Of a stretch of DNA of 64,000 bases, positions 20,005 through 30,895 are shown piece by piece. Under the pieces are notes generated by a model. The model saw only the letters and a list, made by a program, of their open reading frames with translations, was not told where the DNA came from and did no database searches. The stretch covers positions 617,058-681,057 of the forward strand of contig CAWIJC010000002.1 in the NCBI GenBank assembly GCA_963836365.1, written 5' to 3'. Both the position numbers and the translations under genes were made by a program. Every line of letters starts with the position of its first letter. Position 1 is the first letter of the stretch. The DNA comes from an uncultured Actinomycetes bacterium (GTDB taxonomy: Bacteria > Actinomycetota > Acidimicrobiia > IMCC26256 > PALSA-610).

Positions 20005-21990
20005 TCAGACGTCGAGGAAGCGTGCGTCCTTGGCGTTCTGTTGGATCCAGGTGCGGCGGGCTTCGACGTCGTCGCCCATCAGCTTCGACAAGATCTCGTC
20101 GGCGATCGCGGCTTGGTCTACGTCGAGCTGCACCAGGTGCCGCGTCGCGGGATCCATGCACGTCTCTCGCAACTCTGGCGGGTCCATCTCGCCGAGACCC
20201 TTGAACCGCGCGAATGCAAGCTGACGGTTCGGGTGCTCGTCCATCACGCGCAGCCGCGCCGCGTCGTCGGGCACGTACACCTTCTGCCCAACGATCTCGA
20301 CCGAGTAGAGCGGCGGCTGGGCGACGTACAACCGGCCCGCCTCGACGAGCGGTGTCATGTGCCGGTAGAAGAATGTGATCAGGAGCGTGCGGATGTGCCC
20401 GCCGTCCACATCGGCGTCGGCCAGCACGATCACCTTGCCGTAGCGCACCTTGGCGATGTCGAAGTCGGGGCCGATGCCGCCGCCGATCGCCGCGATCAGC
20501 GACTGGATCTCCTGGTTCGCGACGACCTTGTCCATCGATGCGCGCTCGACGTTCAGGATCTTGCCGCGCAACGGCAGGATCGCCTGCGTCTTCGGATCGC
20601 GCGCGTCACGCGCCGAACCGCCCGCCGAGTCACCCTCCACCAGGAACAGCTCGGCTTCGTCGCGCGTGCGCGACGAGCAGTCGGCGAGCTTGTCGGGCAT
20701 GCCGACGCCGTCGAGCGCGGTCTTGCGGCGGGTGAGGTCGCGGGCCTGCTTCGCCGCGCTGCGCGCCTTGGCGGCGTTCGCGGCCTTGGCCACGATCGCC
20801 TTCGCCGGGTTCGGGTGCTCCTCGAGCCAGTGCCCGAAGTTCTCGTTGGTCGCGCGCTCGACCAGCGAACGGATCTCGGTGTTGCCGAGCTTCGCCTTCG
20901 TCTGCCCTTCGAATTGCGGGTCGCGCAGCCGCACCGACACGATCGCGGTCAGTCCCTCGCGCACGTCGTCGCCTTGGAACGTCGCGTCCTTGCCCTTCAC
21001 GAGGTTACGACCCTTCGCGTAACGGTTCACGGCCTGCGTCAGCGCGCGCTTGAAGCCCTCGGCGTGCATCCCGCCTTCGGTGGTGGAGATTCCATTGGCG
21101 AACGAGTGCAAGCCTTCGTGGTAGCCGTTGTTCCACTGCCACGCGACCTCGACCTCGCCTTCGGCTCCCTTGTCGGCGAAGTATCCGACGTCTTTGAACA
21201 GCGGCTCCTTCGACGCGTTGAGGTGCCGCACGAAGTCCACGAGACCGCCTTCGAACATGAACGTCTCGGATTGCTTGCGGCCCGGGCGCTCGTCGGTGAG
21301 CACGATCATGAGCCCGCGATTGAGGAACGCCATCACTTGCAGCCGCTCGGCCGCGGTGGCCCAGCGGAACTCGGTCTCTTCGAAGACGTCGGGGTCGGGC
21401 CAGAACGTGACCGCGGTGCCGGTGTGCCCGCGCTTGGACTGCGCGACGGCCTTGAGCTTTCCTTGTGGCACGCCCGGCTTCAGAGTGCGTCCGAGCTTTT
21501 CGGCCTTGTATTCCTGGCGCCAGGTCTTGCCGTCGCGATCTACCTCGAGCAGGACGCGCGTCGACAGCGCGTTCACAACCGAGACGCCGACGCCGTGCAG
21601 ACCGCCTGACATCTTGTAGCCGCCGCCGCCGAACTTGCCGCCCGCGTGCAGCGTGGTCATCACGATCTCGGCCGCCGACTTGCCCTTGTACTGCGGGTGC
21701 TCGTCGACGGGGATGCCACGCCCGTTGTCGCTGACGCGCACCGCGCCGTCGGCGCACAACACCACGTCGATGCGCGTGCAATAGCCGGCCATCGCCTCGT
21801 CGACCGCGTTGTCGACCACTTCCCAGATCAGGTGATGCAGGCCGGTCGGACCGGTCGAACCGATGTACATACCGGGCCGCTTGCGCACGGGGTCGAGCCC
21901 CTCGAGGACCTGTATGTGCTCGGCCGAATAGTCGCCGTTGCCGCGGGTGCGGGCCATGCGAAATACGGTAGGTGACGGCTGCGCCGCCAT
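20005..21990 (-). CDS. type IIA DNA topoisomerase subunit B (GyrB/ParE family, 661 aa)
   Basis: YSAEHIQVLEGLDPVRKRPGMYIGSTG, the GHKL motif LHHLIWEVVDNAVDEA, and the Toprim EGDSAGGS. Confidence 0.85.
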   Translation of the reverse strand: MAAQPSPTVFRMARTRGNGDYSAEHIQVLEGLDPVRKRPGMYIGSTGPTGLHHLIWEVVDNAVDEAMAGYCTRIDVVLCADGAVRVSDNGRGIPVDEHPQYKGKSAAEIVMTTLHAGGKFGGGGYKMSGGLHGVGVSVVNALSTRVLLEVDRDGKTWRQEYKAEKLGRTLKPGVPQGKLKAVAQSKRGHTGTAVTFWPDPDVFEETEFRWATAAERLQVMAFLNRGLMIVLTDERPGRKQSETFMFEGGLVDFVRHLNASKEPLFKDVGYFADKGAEGEVEVAWQWNNGYHEGLHSFANGISTTEGGMHAEGFKRALTQAVNRYAKGRNLVKGKDATFQGDDVREGLTAIVSVRLRDPQFEGQTKAKLGNTEIRSLVERATNENFGHWLEEHPNPAKAIVAKAANAAKARSAAKQARDLTRRKTALDGVGMPDKLADCSSRTRDEAELFLVEGDSAGGSARDARDPKTQAILPLRGKILNVERASMDKVVANQEIQSLIAAIGGGIGPDFDIAKVRYGKVIVLADADVDGGHIRTLLITFFYRHMTPLVEAGRLYVAQPPLYSVEIVGQKVYVPDDAARLRVMDEHPNRQLAFARFKGLGEMDPPELRETCMDPATRHLVQLDVDQAAIADEILSKLMGDDVEARRTWIQQNAKDARFLDV

Positions 21991-22020
21991 CGTGCCAACT
22001 CGTTCGGAGCCGGCGGCCGC

Positions 22021-24090
22021 TCAGGCTCGCCCCAGGAACTCGGCAACCTCATCGGGCCGGATCGTCGGACCGAACGCCATGCCCGATCCGACGTCACAGC
22101 CGAGCTCGTGCAAGCGGCGCGCGTGGCTCGCGCTTTGCACGCCCGTCGCGACAACGACGCGTCCGAGCGCGCGGGCGTACTGCACGATCGCGCCGAGCAG
22201 TGCACCGCTCACATCGTCGACGGCCTCGTTCACCGCCGCGACGAGCGGGCCCGCGACCGTGATCGCCGGCGTCGGCAGCGTTCGCAGTTGCTGCAACGAC
22301 GACACGGCCGAGCCGAAGTCGCGCAGCGCGACGCCGAGACCGAGCTCGCCGAGTGCGCTCGCGCCACGCGATGCGGCATCGACGTCGTGCGCGACAGCCG
22401 CCTCGGGCACGCCGATCCAGCAACGCGTCGGCGTGACGTTGCTGCGCTGCAACATGTCGCGCACGAGCCCGGGAAACAGCGGCGAGAGCGCGCCCGAACG
22501 CGTCAGCGTGATGCCGAGCCCGGGGATGATCGGTCCCGGTGGGTGCGCCTCCCACTCGGCGAGCTGCGACACGACCGTGCGCACCAGCGCGACATCGAGC
22601 GCGCGCGCAATGCCCGCTTGCTCGACGACCTGTTCGATCGCATCGCCCTCGCGCAACCCCGCGCGCTCCCAGTCGACCGCGCAGTCGAAGCCCATCAGCG
22701 CGCCGGTCGAGAGTTGCGCGATCGGCGTGCACAGCATGGGAAGCCGCGGCTCGTCGAGCAATCGCGTCACAGTGCGTGCGATGCGGCGGCCTTGCGCGAG
22801 CTGGCGGCGGACGCCTTCGTCGAACAGCTCGACGCGACCGCGTCCCAACCGCTTCGCCCGATACGTCGCGAGGTCCGCGTTCGAGAGCAACTGGTCGGCC
22901 GAGAGCGGATCGTCACCGCGCGCACTCGCGATTCCGATGCTGGCGCCGATCAACACCTCGTGCCCGTGAATGTCGTAGGGATCGCTGACGGTTGCGAGCA
23001 AGCGGTCGGCGAGCGTCGACGCCGGCGTGACACCGTCCATGTCGGGACAGCACACGACGAACTCGTCGCCGCCAAGTCGTACACACAGATCGCCGTCGCG
23101 TACCGCGCCGCGTAACCGTTCCGCGACGTGCACGAGCAGCTCGTCGCCGGCTGCATGTCCGAGCATGTCGTTGACGCGCTTGAAGCCGTCGAGGTCGATG
23201 AACAAGAGCGCGATGCCCTGACCGCTGCGACGCGCGCGACCGAGCGCGGCGTTCAACTCTTCGACGAGCAGTGCGCGGCTGCCCAACCCCGTGAGTCGAT
23301 CGTGCGTCGCGTCGTACTCGAGGCGTTCCTCGAGCCGCTGCCGCTCGGTGACATCCTCGAGCGTGCCGAGGAAACCGCTCAGCGAACCGTCTTCTCGGCG
23401 CAACGGCACCCACCGCGCGCTCACCCACCGCATGACGCCCTCGGTCGTCGTCAGCCGGACCTTGGACGGCTTCGCATCGCCGCCCTGGGCCGCGTGACGT
23501 TGTTGGGCGCGCATCGCTTCCAGGTCGGCGGGGTGAATCGCCGCGCACCACCCGCCGCCCAGCGCCTCCCCTGCCGACAGTCCGGTGAGCCGCTCGAAAG
23601 CGTGGTTCACGAACACGCATGTGTCGTCGGCTTCGATCTCGCAGATGCCGATCGGGCTCTCGGCCACGAGCGTCTTCCATCGCGCCTCGCGCTCGAACAC
23701 CGTGTGGTCGATGACGCGTACGAGGATCCCCTGCACGTCGGGATGATCGAGCAGGTTGCGGAACGCGAGCGTCATCGTGTGCCAGCCGTCGAGGTCGTTG
23801 CGAACGCGGGCGCGCACCTCGACGTCGAGGCCCGGCAGCGCTCGGCTCTCGTCGAGCGCGGCTTGGATCGGCCCGTAGTCGTCCTGGTGCACCCAGTCGG
23901 CGAGCCGGCCCGTGAGATCGGCGCGGCTGAAGCCGCCGCGCATGCCGAGCTCGCCGAGCAACATGCGCGGCCGCAGGTCGGCGCCGAGGATCGCGATTGC
24001 ATCCGAGAGCGCGTCGAGCACGCCCGGATCCCGGACGTCGAGCGGTTGGACCGCGGCGCGTGCCGCGATGGTTGGCGGCACCCCGGCCAT
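22021..24090 (-). CDS. PAS-PAS-GGDEF-EAL signalling protein; GGDEF intact (RLGGDEFVV), EAL domain degenerate (no EAL / DDFGTGYSS motifs)
   Basis: Domain motifs are read from the translation; 689 aa, intact. Confidence 0.75.
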   Translation of the reverse strand: MAGVPPTIAARAAVQPLDVRDPGVLDALSDAIAILGADLRPRMLLGELGMRGGFSRADLTGRLADWVHQDDYGPIQAALDESRALPGLDVEVRARVRNDLDGWHTMTLAFRNLLDHPDVQGILVRVIDHTVFEREARWKTLVAESPIGICEIEADDTCVFVNHAFERLTGLSAGEALGGGWCAAIHPADLEAMRAQQRHAAQGGDAKPSKVRLTTTEGVMRWVSARWVPLRREDGSLSGFLGTLEDVTERQRLEERLEYDATHDRLTGLGSRALLVEELNAALGRARRSGQGIALLFIDLDGFKRVNDMLGHAAGDELLVHVAERLRGAVRDGDLCVRLGGDEFVVCCPDMDGVTPASTLADRLLATVSDPYDIHGHEVLIGASIGIASARGDDPLSADQLLSNADLATYRAKRLGRGRVELFDEGVRRQLAQGRRIARTVTRLLDEPRLPMLCTPIAQLSTGALMGFDCAVDWERAGLREGDAIEQVVEQAGIARALDVALVRTVVSQLAEWEAHPPGPIIPGLGITLTRSGALSPLFPGLVRDMLQRSNVTPTRCWIGVPEAAVAHDVDAASRGASALGELGLGVALRDFGSAVSSLQQLRTLPTPAITVAGPLVAAVNEAVDDVSGALLGAIVQYARALGRVVVATGVQSASHARRLHELGCDVGSGMAFGPTIRPDEVAEFLGRA

Positions 24091-24131
24091 TCTCCGGTCA
24101 TCGGCATCGGGCAGGCCCAGCCTGAGACGCA

Positions 24132-24608
24132 GTGACTAGCGTCCGGTTCATGACTACGACGACCTTCGGCTCGCCCAAGGAACTCCTCGACGCAACCGGC
24201 ACCCAGCTCGGACCGACCGCCTGGATCACGATCACCCAGGATCAGATCAACAAATTCGCCGAAGCCACGCTCGACAACCAGTGGATCCACGTCGACACCG
24301 AGCGGGCCAAGGCCGGCCCGTTCGGCGCACCCATCGCCCACGGCTACCTGACGATGTCGTTGGCGTCGCACTTCCTCGGACAGCTCGTACGCGTCAGCAA
24401 CATCTCGATGGGCATCAACTACGGCACCGAGAAGGTGCGGTTCCCGTCGCCGGTGCCCGTGGGCTCCCGGCTGCGCGGCCGGGGCGAGATCCTCGACGCC
24501 AAGGAGGTGCCGGGCGGCGTACAGGCGACGACGCGCATCACGATCGAGCGCGAGGGCGGCGACAAGCCCGCAGCCATCGTCGACGCCGTGTCCAGATACG
24601 TTTCGTGA
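24132..24608 (+). CDS. MaoC-like (R)-specific enoyl-CoA hydratase, hotdog fold
   Basis: [46 protein letters not shown]. Confidence 0.75.
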   Translation: MTSVRFMTTTTFGSPKELLDATGTQLGPTAWITITQDQINKFAEATLDNQWIHVDTERAKAGPFGAPIAHGYLTMSLASHFLGQLVRVSNISMGINYGTEKVRFPSPVPVGSRLRGRGEILDAKEVPGGVQATTRITIEREGGDKPAAIVDAVSRYVS

Positions 24609-25396
24609 GCGTCCTCGACGCGTTCATGCTCGACGGCAAGGTCGCGATCGTCACCGGTGGCGGGAGAGGGATCGGCGCCGCGATCGCGCGCACATTCGCC
24701 GACGCCGGTGCCGACGTCGCGATCGCGTCGCGCACGAAGGAGCAGCTCGACGAGGTTGCGGCCGACATTCGTTCCGCCGGCCGCAACGCGCTGGTCATCC
24801 CGTGTGACGTGAACGACAACGCGGCCCTCGAGCGGATCGCCGAACAGACCGCGGCTGAGCTCGGTCACATCGACGTCGTCGTCAACAACGCCGGTGGTTC
24901 GATGCCTCAGCCGTTCCTCAGCACGAGCGCAGGCGCATTCGAGCGTGCGTTCCACTTCAACGTGACGACCGCGTTCGTGTTGACGAAGGCCGCGACGCCG
25001 CACCTGCTCGAGACCGGCGCGGGCGCCGTGATCAACATCTCCTCGGCGATGGGGCGTCTGTCGGATCGCGGCTACGCCGCGTACGGCACGGCCAAGGCCG
25101 CGCTCGCGCACCTGACACGCCTGCTGGCCGTGGACCTCGCGCCCAAGGTGCGCGTGAACGCGATCGCGGTCGGATCGGTCGCGACCAGCGCACTCGAGAT
25201 CGTGCTCGAGAATCCCGAGCTGCGCGACGCGATGGTGAGCCGCACCCCGCTCCGGCGCCTCGGCGAGCCCGAAGACATCGCGCTGTGCGCGCTCTACCTC
25301 GCGTCGAGGGCCGGCGGCTTCGTCACCGGCAAAGTCGTCGAGGTCGACGGCGGTATCGAGTACCCGAACCTGGAACTCGGCCTCCCCGACCTCTGA
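24605..25396 (+). CDS. SDR family oxidoreductase (3-oxoacyl-ACP reductase-like)
   Basis: GTGA overlap with the maoC stop. [20 protein letters not shown], and the Y...K active site ([10 protein letters not shown]). Confidence 0.8.
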   Translation: MSVLDAFMLDGKVAIVTGGGRGIGAAIARTFADAGADVAIASRTKEQLDEVAADIRSAGRNALVIPCDVNDNAALERIAEQTAAELGHIDVVVNNAGGSMPQPFLSTSAGAFERAFHFNVTTAFVLTKAATPHLLETGAGAVINISSAMGRLSDRGYAAYGTAKAALAHLTRLLAVDLAPKVRVNAIAVGSVATSALEIVLENPELRDAMVSRTPLRRLGEPEDIALCALYLASRAGGFVTGKVVEVDGGIEYPNLELGLPDL

Positions 25397-25415
25397 TCCC
25401 GCGGATGCGTGAGTG

Positions 25416-25433
25416 AGGGTCGGAAAACGACCC
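25416..25433. terminator. hairpin GGGTCG-gaaaa-CGACCC between convergent genes
   Basis: 6-bp stem with a 5-nt loop, seen in the sequence. Confidence 0.4.
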
Positions 25434-25470
25434 CCCAGTGACGCCCCGGCGACGTCGCACGGGGGCGGGG

Positions 25471-25872
25471 TCAGCCGTCGAGGCGGTGGCGGATCTCTTC
25501 GGGCAACGCGAAGCCGTCGTCGCCGCGCGTCCACGGCACCGCGTCGACGACTGCATCGACGGCTATCGGGCCGTACACGTGCGGGAAGTCGCCCGCGAAT
25601 GCGTCCGCTGACGGCTCCCACCGGAGCTCCGACGTCAAGCGGCCCGGATCGACGCACAGCAACACGAGGTCGGGAACGTCGCGGTAGAACCAATCGGCGA
25701 CGTGCGTCACCTGGGTCGGCAACGAGCAGTGGATGAAGCCCTCGTCGTCGAGGCTCGTCGCGCGGTACTCACCCGCGGTCCGGGCGTTCTCCCACTCGGG
25801 CTCGGTCGTGATGTGCAGGATCAGTCGCGTCACCGCCGTCCAGCATGACACGACAGCGCGGACGCGTGGCAT
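25471..25872 (-). CDS. DUF952 family protein
   Basis: LILHITTEPEWENARTAGEYRATSLDDEGFIHCS. Confidence 0.6.
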   Translation of the reverse strand: MPRVRAVVSCWTAVTRLILHITTEPEWENARTAGEYRATSLDDEGFIHCSLPTQVTHVADWFYRDVPDLVLLCVDPGRLTSELRWEPSADAFAGDFPHVYGPIAVDAVVDAVPWTRGDDGFALPEEIRHRLDG

Positions 25873-25876
25873 TTTG

Positions 25877-27076
25877 CTATGAAGCGCGCGGCTGCGCGAG
25901 CTCGAGTGCGTTCTCCCGCATCACCAGCCGCACTTCGCCCTCGGAGAAACCGGGCAGGTCGTCGACGAACGACTTCGGATCGGCGAGCCCTTCGGCGTGC
26001 GGATAATCGGAACCGAAGATCATCCGAGTCGCTCCGAGCTCGTCGCGGAGCTCGGGGAGGTCGTCCTCGTAGTACGGCGACACCCACACGTGCGCGCGCA
26101 CCTGCTCGACCGGGTCGGCGTGCTCGTACGCCGCCGGCAGCTGCCCGTACGACTTCTTCAGCGCCTTGAGCAACAACGGCATCCAATCCGAGCCGCTCTC
26201 TATCGTCGCGACACGTAGGTTCGGATGGCGCCGCATCACGCCGTGGCACACGAGCGCCGCGATCGTGTCGTAGATCGGGCGGTGCCCCGACGTGACGCTG
26301 CGGAAAGGGTCGTTGCGGAACGCCTGGAAGTCGCCACCCTGATGGGCATCGGACATGGCCCACTCGTCGGCGTAGCGGTTGTAGCCCGCGTCACCAGAGT
26401 GGTACGCCGCGAGGATCCCGGCCTCGGCGATGCGCGCCCACACGCGGTCGTACATCGGGTCGCCGGGCGTGCGTGAAAAGCCCGGACCACGCACCGGGCC
26501 CGCGCGCATCACGACGACGTGCGCGCCGTTCGCGAGGGCGTACTCGACCTCCTGCTCCGCGCGCTTCGGATCCTGCAGCGGGATGTACGGCGCCGCGTAG
26601 ATACGGTCGCGATAGTTGAACGTCCAGTCGTCGCGCATCCACTGGTTGAACGTGTGGAACACGTCGTGCAGCGCATCGGGATCGTGAAGCAGCGCTTCTT
26701 CGACACCGACGCCGAGCGTCGGGAACAAGAAGCAGCCGAGCAGCCCTTGCGCGTCCATCAACTTCATGCGCGCCGCGGGGTCACGGTACGCGGGGTTGAT
26801 CGGCTCGAGCTCGCCGAACGCGTCGCGAATGTCGTCGCCCGCCTTCTTGCCGCGGAAGTACTCGTCGAGGCAGCCGGGCCGCGCGACCGGATCGAATGTG
26901 GGGTTCGGGATGAAGCGAAAGACCTTGTTGTCGACGACCATGCGCTGCTTGCCGCCGATCTCGGCCCACTGCACGAGCTTCACGCGGCGCGGCGGCAGAT
27001 GACGGATGAACGCGTCGGTCGCCTCGTAGTAGTGGTTGTCCGCGTCGAAGACGTCGAAATCGACGGTGCCTGCCAT
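25877..27076 (-). CDS. amidohydrolase family 2 (PF04909) hydrolase, second copy
   Basis: MAGTVDFDVFDADNHYYE...MIFGSDYPHAEG; 399 aa, intact. Confidence 0.75.
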   Translation of the reverse strand: MAGTVDFDVFDADNHYYEATDAFIRHLPPRRVKLVQWAEIGGKQRMVVDNKVFRFIPNPTFDPVARPGCLDEYFRGKKAGDDIRDAFGELEPINPAYRDPAARMKLMDAQGLLGCFLFPTLGVGVEEALLHDPDALHDVFHTFNQWMRDDWTFNYRDRIYAAPYIPLQDPKRAEQEVEYALANGAHVVVMRAGPVRGPGFSRTPGDPMYDRVWARIAEAGILAAYHSGDAGYNRYADEWAMSDAHQGGDFQAFRNDPFRSVTSGHRPIYDTIAALVCHGVMRRHPNLRVATIESGSDWMPLLLKALKKSYGQLPAAYEHADPVEQVRAHVWVSPYYEDDLPELRDELGATRMIFGSDYPHAEGLADPKSFVDDLPGFSEGEVRLVMRENALELAQPRAS

Positions 27077-27123
27077 CGGAACCCCCGGGGACGGAGTAGG
27101 CCGAAATAGAATCAGGTTCTACT

Positions 27124-28569
27124 TTATTCCTTCACCCGTTCGGCACGCAACGCCGAACGCCGGAGCTTCCCGGCGTCGTCACGCAGCGGCGCGTCGGTGA
27201 ATTCGAACGTGCGGGGGATCTTGTAGCGCACGAGCCGGTCGGCGAGGTGCGCTCGCAGCTCGTCGACGTCGATCGGCGTGCCGTCGTCGGTGTGGACGAT
27301 CGCGTGGACACGATTGCCGAGGTCGTCGTCGGGCAAGCCGATCACCGCGCAGGACCGCACCCGCGGATGCTCGTCGACCGCCGCCTCGACCTCGGCCGGG
27401 TAGATGTTCGCACCGCCGGCGAGGATCATGTCGGTCCGGCGGTCGCTGAGATAGAGGTAGCCGTCGGCGTCGATCATTCCCATGTCACCGAGCGATTCCC
27501 AGCCGCCGGCGATGCGCCGCGCGTGCGTGCCGACGTAGCGGTACGTCCGCACGCTCTCGTCGGCCGACGGCCGCATGAACACCTCGCCGACCTCGCTCTG
27601 ATCGGCGTCGGAACCGTCGGCGCGCATGATCTTGAACTGCTCGCGATCGACCTTGCCGACCGACCCGCGATGTTCGAGCCACTCCACACCGTTGATGATC
27701 GTCGCCGCCTGCGCTTCGGTCCCGGCATACAGCTCCCAGATCACCGGCGCGCCCAGCCACTCGATCCATTCTTCCTTCAACCACGCTGGGCAGGGCGCCG
27801 CGAGGTGCCACACGACCTTCAGCGACGACACGTCGTAGCGATCGCGCACGGCGCGCGGCAGCTTCGAGATGCGCGCCATCATCGTCGGTACGACGTACAT
27901 CGAATCGGGATGGTGCGTGTCGATCAGTGCGAGCGTCTTTTCGGCGTCGAATGCGCCGCCGAGGATCACGTGGTTCCCCGCGAGCAATGCGGTCATCGTC
28001 CACACGAAGGGGCCGTTGTGATAGAGCGGTCCGGGCATCAGATGCGTGCCGTCGAGCTTCATCATCAGCAGCGGCGGCGCGTCGGGATCGATCACACCGC
28101 GCACGCTGGCTTCGATGAGCTTCGGACGCCCGGTCGACCCGCCCGACGTCATCGCCTTCCACGGCTCGGAGACTGCGTCGGGCAGTGGGCCGTCGTCGAA
28201 GCCGTCGACTGCGAGCGGCTCGCCGACGACGACCCGGGGATGCGCGAGCGCGATGATCGCGTCGAGCTCGCGCTCGGGAAGACGCGACGACACTGGTTGT
28301 GGCGTCGCTCCGAGCTTCAGGCACGCGATCACCGCGGCGACGAAATCCACCGAGTTCGGCAACGCGATCGTGAGACGATCACCCCGTTGCACGCCCTTGG
28401 CCCGGAGCGCGCGTGCGGCGCGATTCGCATACCGTTCGAGCTCGCCGCGCGTCACCGTGCGTTGTGGGTCGGTGATCGTGGGACGATCGGGAGCAGCCGT
28501 CGCATGAACGCGGAGCCGCTGCGCGTACGAGATCAGAGCCACAAGCGGGATTCTGCCTGATTTCCCCAT
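27124..28569 (-). CDS. AMP-dependent acyl-CoA synthetase/ligase
   Basis: MGKSGRIPLVAL...MTSGGSTGRPK...YAGTEAQA...GDMGMIDADGYLYLSDRRTDMI...YKIP. Confidence 0.8.
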   Translation of the reverse strand: MGKSGRIPLVALISYAQRLRVHATAAPDRPTITDPQRTVTRGELERYANRAARALRAKGVQRGDRLTIALPNSVDFVAAVIACLKLGATPQPVSSRLPERELDAIIALAHPRVVVGEPLAVDGFDDGPLPDAVSEPWKAMTSGGSTGRPKLIEASVRGVIDPDAPPLLMMKLDGTHLMPGPLYHNGPFVWTMTALLAGNHVILGGAFDAEKTLALIDTHHPDSMYVVPTMMARISKLPRAVRDRYDVSSLKVVWHLAAPCPAWLKEEWIEWLGAPVIWELYAGTEAQAATIINGVEWLEHRGSVGKVDREQFKIMRADGSDADQSEVGEVFMRPSADESVRTYRYVGTHARRIAGGWESLGDMGMIDADGYLYLSDRRTDMILAGGANIYPAEVEAAVDEHPRVRSCAVIGLPDDDLGNRVHAIVHTDDGTPIDVDELRAHLADRLVRYKIPRTFEFTDAPLRDDAGKLRRSALRAERVKE

Positions 28570-28778
28570 CCCGCGGCATCGGGCGCGCCCGGCCCGGCGC
28601 ACCGCCGCACCGCCGCCTTCAACCAGCGCAGCGTTTGGAGCTCTGCATCACACGCTCCACATCCGTCGAGGTGTGCCGCGATCGTCAGCATCGTCACGAC
28701 GTCGCACTCACAGTCGACATAGCACTGAATGATCGCGAGCACCTCTCGACACGAAGGGTCATTCGGCTCGCTCGCTGC
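28533..28778 (-). CDS. ZAS-family zinc-binding anti-sigma factor (RsrA/RshA-like), apparently without an adjacent ECF sigma gene
   Basis: SCREVLAIIQCYVDCECDVVTMLTIAAHLDGCGACDAELQTLRWLKAAVRRCAG shows HxxxCxxC plus conserved upstream Cys. The exact start is uncertain. Confidence 0.6.
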   Translation of the reverse strand, partial: AASEPNDPSCREVLAIIQCYVDCECDVVTMLTIAAHLDGCGACDAELQTLRWLKAAVRRCAGPGAPDAAGWGNQAESRLWL

Positions 28779-28840
28779 CACGAGGAGGGCCAACGGCACG
28801 AAGGGCGGCGTGATTCCCCGGTGACTTACGATGCGCCGCC

Positions 28841-29605
28841 ATGCAGCTCGCAAACTCCACTGCGATCGTCACCGGCGGCGCTTCCGGCATGGGAGAGGCC
28901 TCGGCCCGCCGCTTGTCGCACGCCGGCGCCACCGTCGTCATCGTCGACCGCGACGCCGGCAAGGGCGAGAAGGTCGCGTCCGGACCTCGGCGGCCGGTTC
29001 GTCCGAGCCGACGTCACCAACGAACACGACGTCAGCGCGGCCGTCGCCGCCGCGACGGCGCTCGCGCCGCTGCGCGCGTGCATTCACTGCGCGGGCATAG
29101 GGTGGGCGGAGCGCACGATCAATCGCGAGGGCGGCCCGCACTCGCTGGACTCGTTCCGCAGCGGTCATCGAGATCAACTTGATCGGCACGTTCAACGTGT
29201 TGCGGCTCGCGGCGTCGGGGATGTCGGCGAACGACCCCGACGCGCGAAGGCCAGCGCGGCGTGATCGTGAACACCGCATCGATCGCCGCGTTCGACGGCC
29301 AGATCGGCCAGGCCGCGTACTCGGCCTCGAAGGGCGGCGTCGTCGCGCTCACGCTGACCGCAGCGCGCGACCTTTCTGCCGCCGGCATCCGCGTCTGCAC
29401 GATCGCGCCGGGCTCATCGACACGCCGCTGCTCGGCGGGCTGCCCGCAGACGCAGCGCGACGCGCTGGCGAAGTCGGTGTTGTTCCCGAAGCGTCTCGGC
29501 GTTCCCGACGACTTCGCGTCGCTCGCGATGGAGATCGTGCGCAACGGCTACCTCAACGGCGAAGTGATCCGAATGGACGCCGGCATCCGAATGCCGCCGA
29601 AGTAG
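28841..29605 (+). pseudogene. SDR family oxidoreductase (3-hydroxyacyl-CoA dehydrogenase type), at least three frame changes
   Basis: MQLANSTAIVTGGASGMGEA (frame 2), ELGGRFVRADVTNEHDV...CIHCAGIG (frame 3), [30 protein letters not shown]...[10 protein letters not shown] (frame 2). Confidence 0.6.
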
Positions 29606-29672
29606 CGTGTGCGCTCGCGTCCGCCGGCTGCGCCTCTGGCCTCCCGGCCCCGAAGTTTGCAACACTGCCCAG

Positions 29673-30895
29673 ATGCCGAATCACGAGCAACGGGACGACA
29701 TCGATCTTCTCGAAGGGTCGTTCTACGTCGACAACCCGCGCGAGAAGTACGCGTGGATGCGGGAGCACGCGCCGGTGTACTTCGACGCCCGCAACGGCGT
29801 GTGGGGCATCGCGACCTACGACGCGTTGCTGGCGGCCGAGAAGAACCCGACGACGTTCTCGAACGCGGGCGGGATCCGCCCCGACAACGGGCCGATCCCG
29901 ATGATGATCGACATGGACGATCCCGAGCACTGGAAGCGACGCAAGCTCGTGAACAAGGGCTTCACGCCGCGGCGCGTGCGCGACAGTGAAACCGAGATCC
30001 GCGCGGTGTGCGACCAGATCATCGACTTCGATCTGCGAGCGCGGCGAGTGCGACTTCGTCAACGACATCGCGGCGCCCCTGCCGATGATCCTGATCGGCG
30101 ACATGCTCGGCGTCGAGCCCGAAGGATCGCGGCGACCTGCTGCGATGGTCCGACGACATGGTCGAGCGTGCTGAGCGGCAGCGCGACCGAGGAGCAGCAG
30201 ATGCGCTCGATCGCGGCGATGGAGGGCTACATCGGGTTCTGCACGCACGCGGTCGCGCAGCGGCAAGCCGCACCGACCGACGACCTCATGAGCGTGCTCG
30301 TGCACGCCGAGGTCGACGGCGACCGTTTGACCCCCGACGACGTGCTGCACGAGTCGTTGCTGATCCTCATCGGCGGCGACGAGACGACGCGCCACGTCAT
30401 CAGCGGCGGCATGGAACAGCTGATGTTGCAACCCGAGCAACACAGGCTGCTCGTCGACGACCCGAGCAAGATCACGGTGGCGGTCGAAGAGATGCTGCGG
30501 TGGGTATCGCCGATCAAGAACATGTGCCGCACGGTCACGCACGACACCGAGTTCTGGGGCGAGCAACTCTCACGCGGGACAGAAGTGCATGTTGCTGTTC
30601 GAGTCCGCGAACCTCGACGAGGGGAAGTTCGACGAGCCCGAGCGCTTCGACGTCGAGCGGCACCCGAACGAGCACGTCGCGTTCGGGTTCGGCACGCACT
30701 ACTGCCTCGGTCAGGCGCTCGCGCGCCTCGAGCTGAAGGTGATGTTCGAGCAGCTGCTGACGCGGCTCCCCGACCTCGAGCTCGCTGCCGATCCCGCGGC
30801 AGCTGCCCCGCCGCCGTGCGAATTTCATCAGCGGCTTGGAGAAGATGCCGGTCACGTTCTCGCCGTCGCGGCCGCTCGCACGCGCATCGGCATGA
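29673..30895 (+). CDS. cytochrome P450; at least three frameshifts (about 29985, 30130, 30600-30840)
   Basis: ExxR motif VEEMLRWVSP, heme loop FGFGTHYCLGQALARLE, and the end ...FISGLEKMPVTFSP in a +1 frame. The stop TGA overlaps the next ATG (ATGA). Confidence 0.7.
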
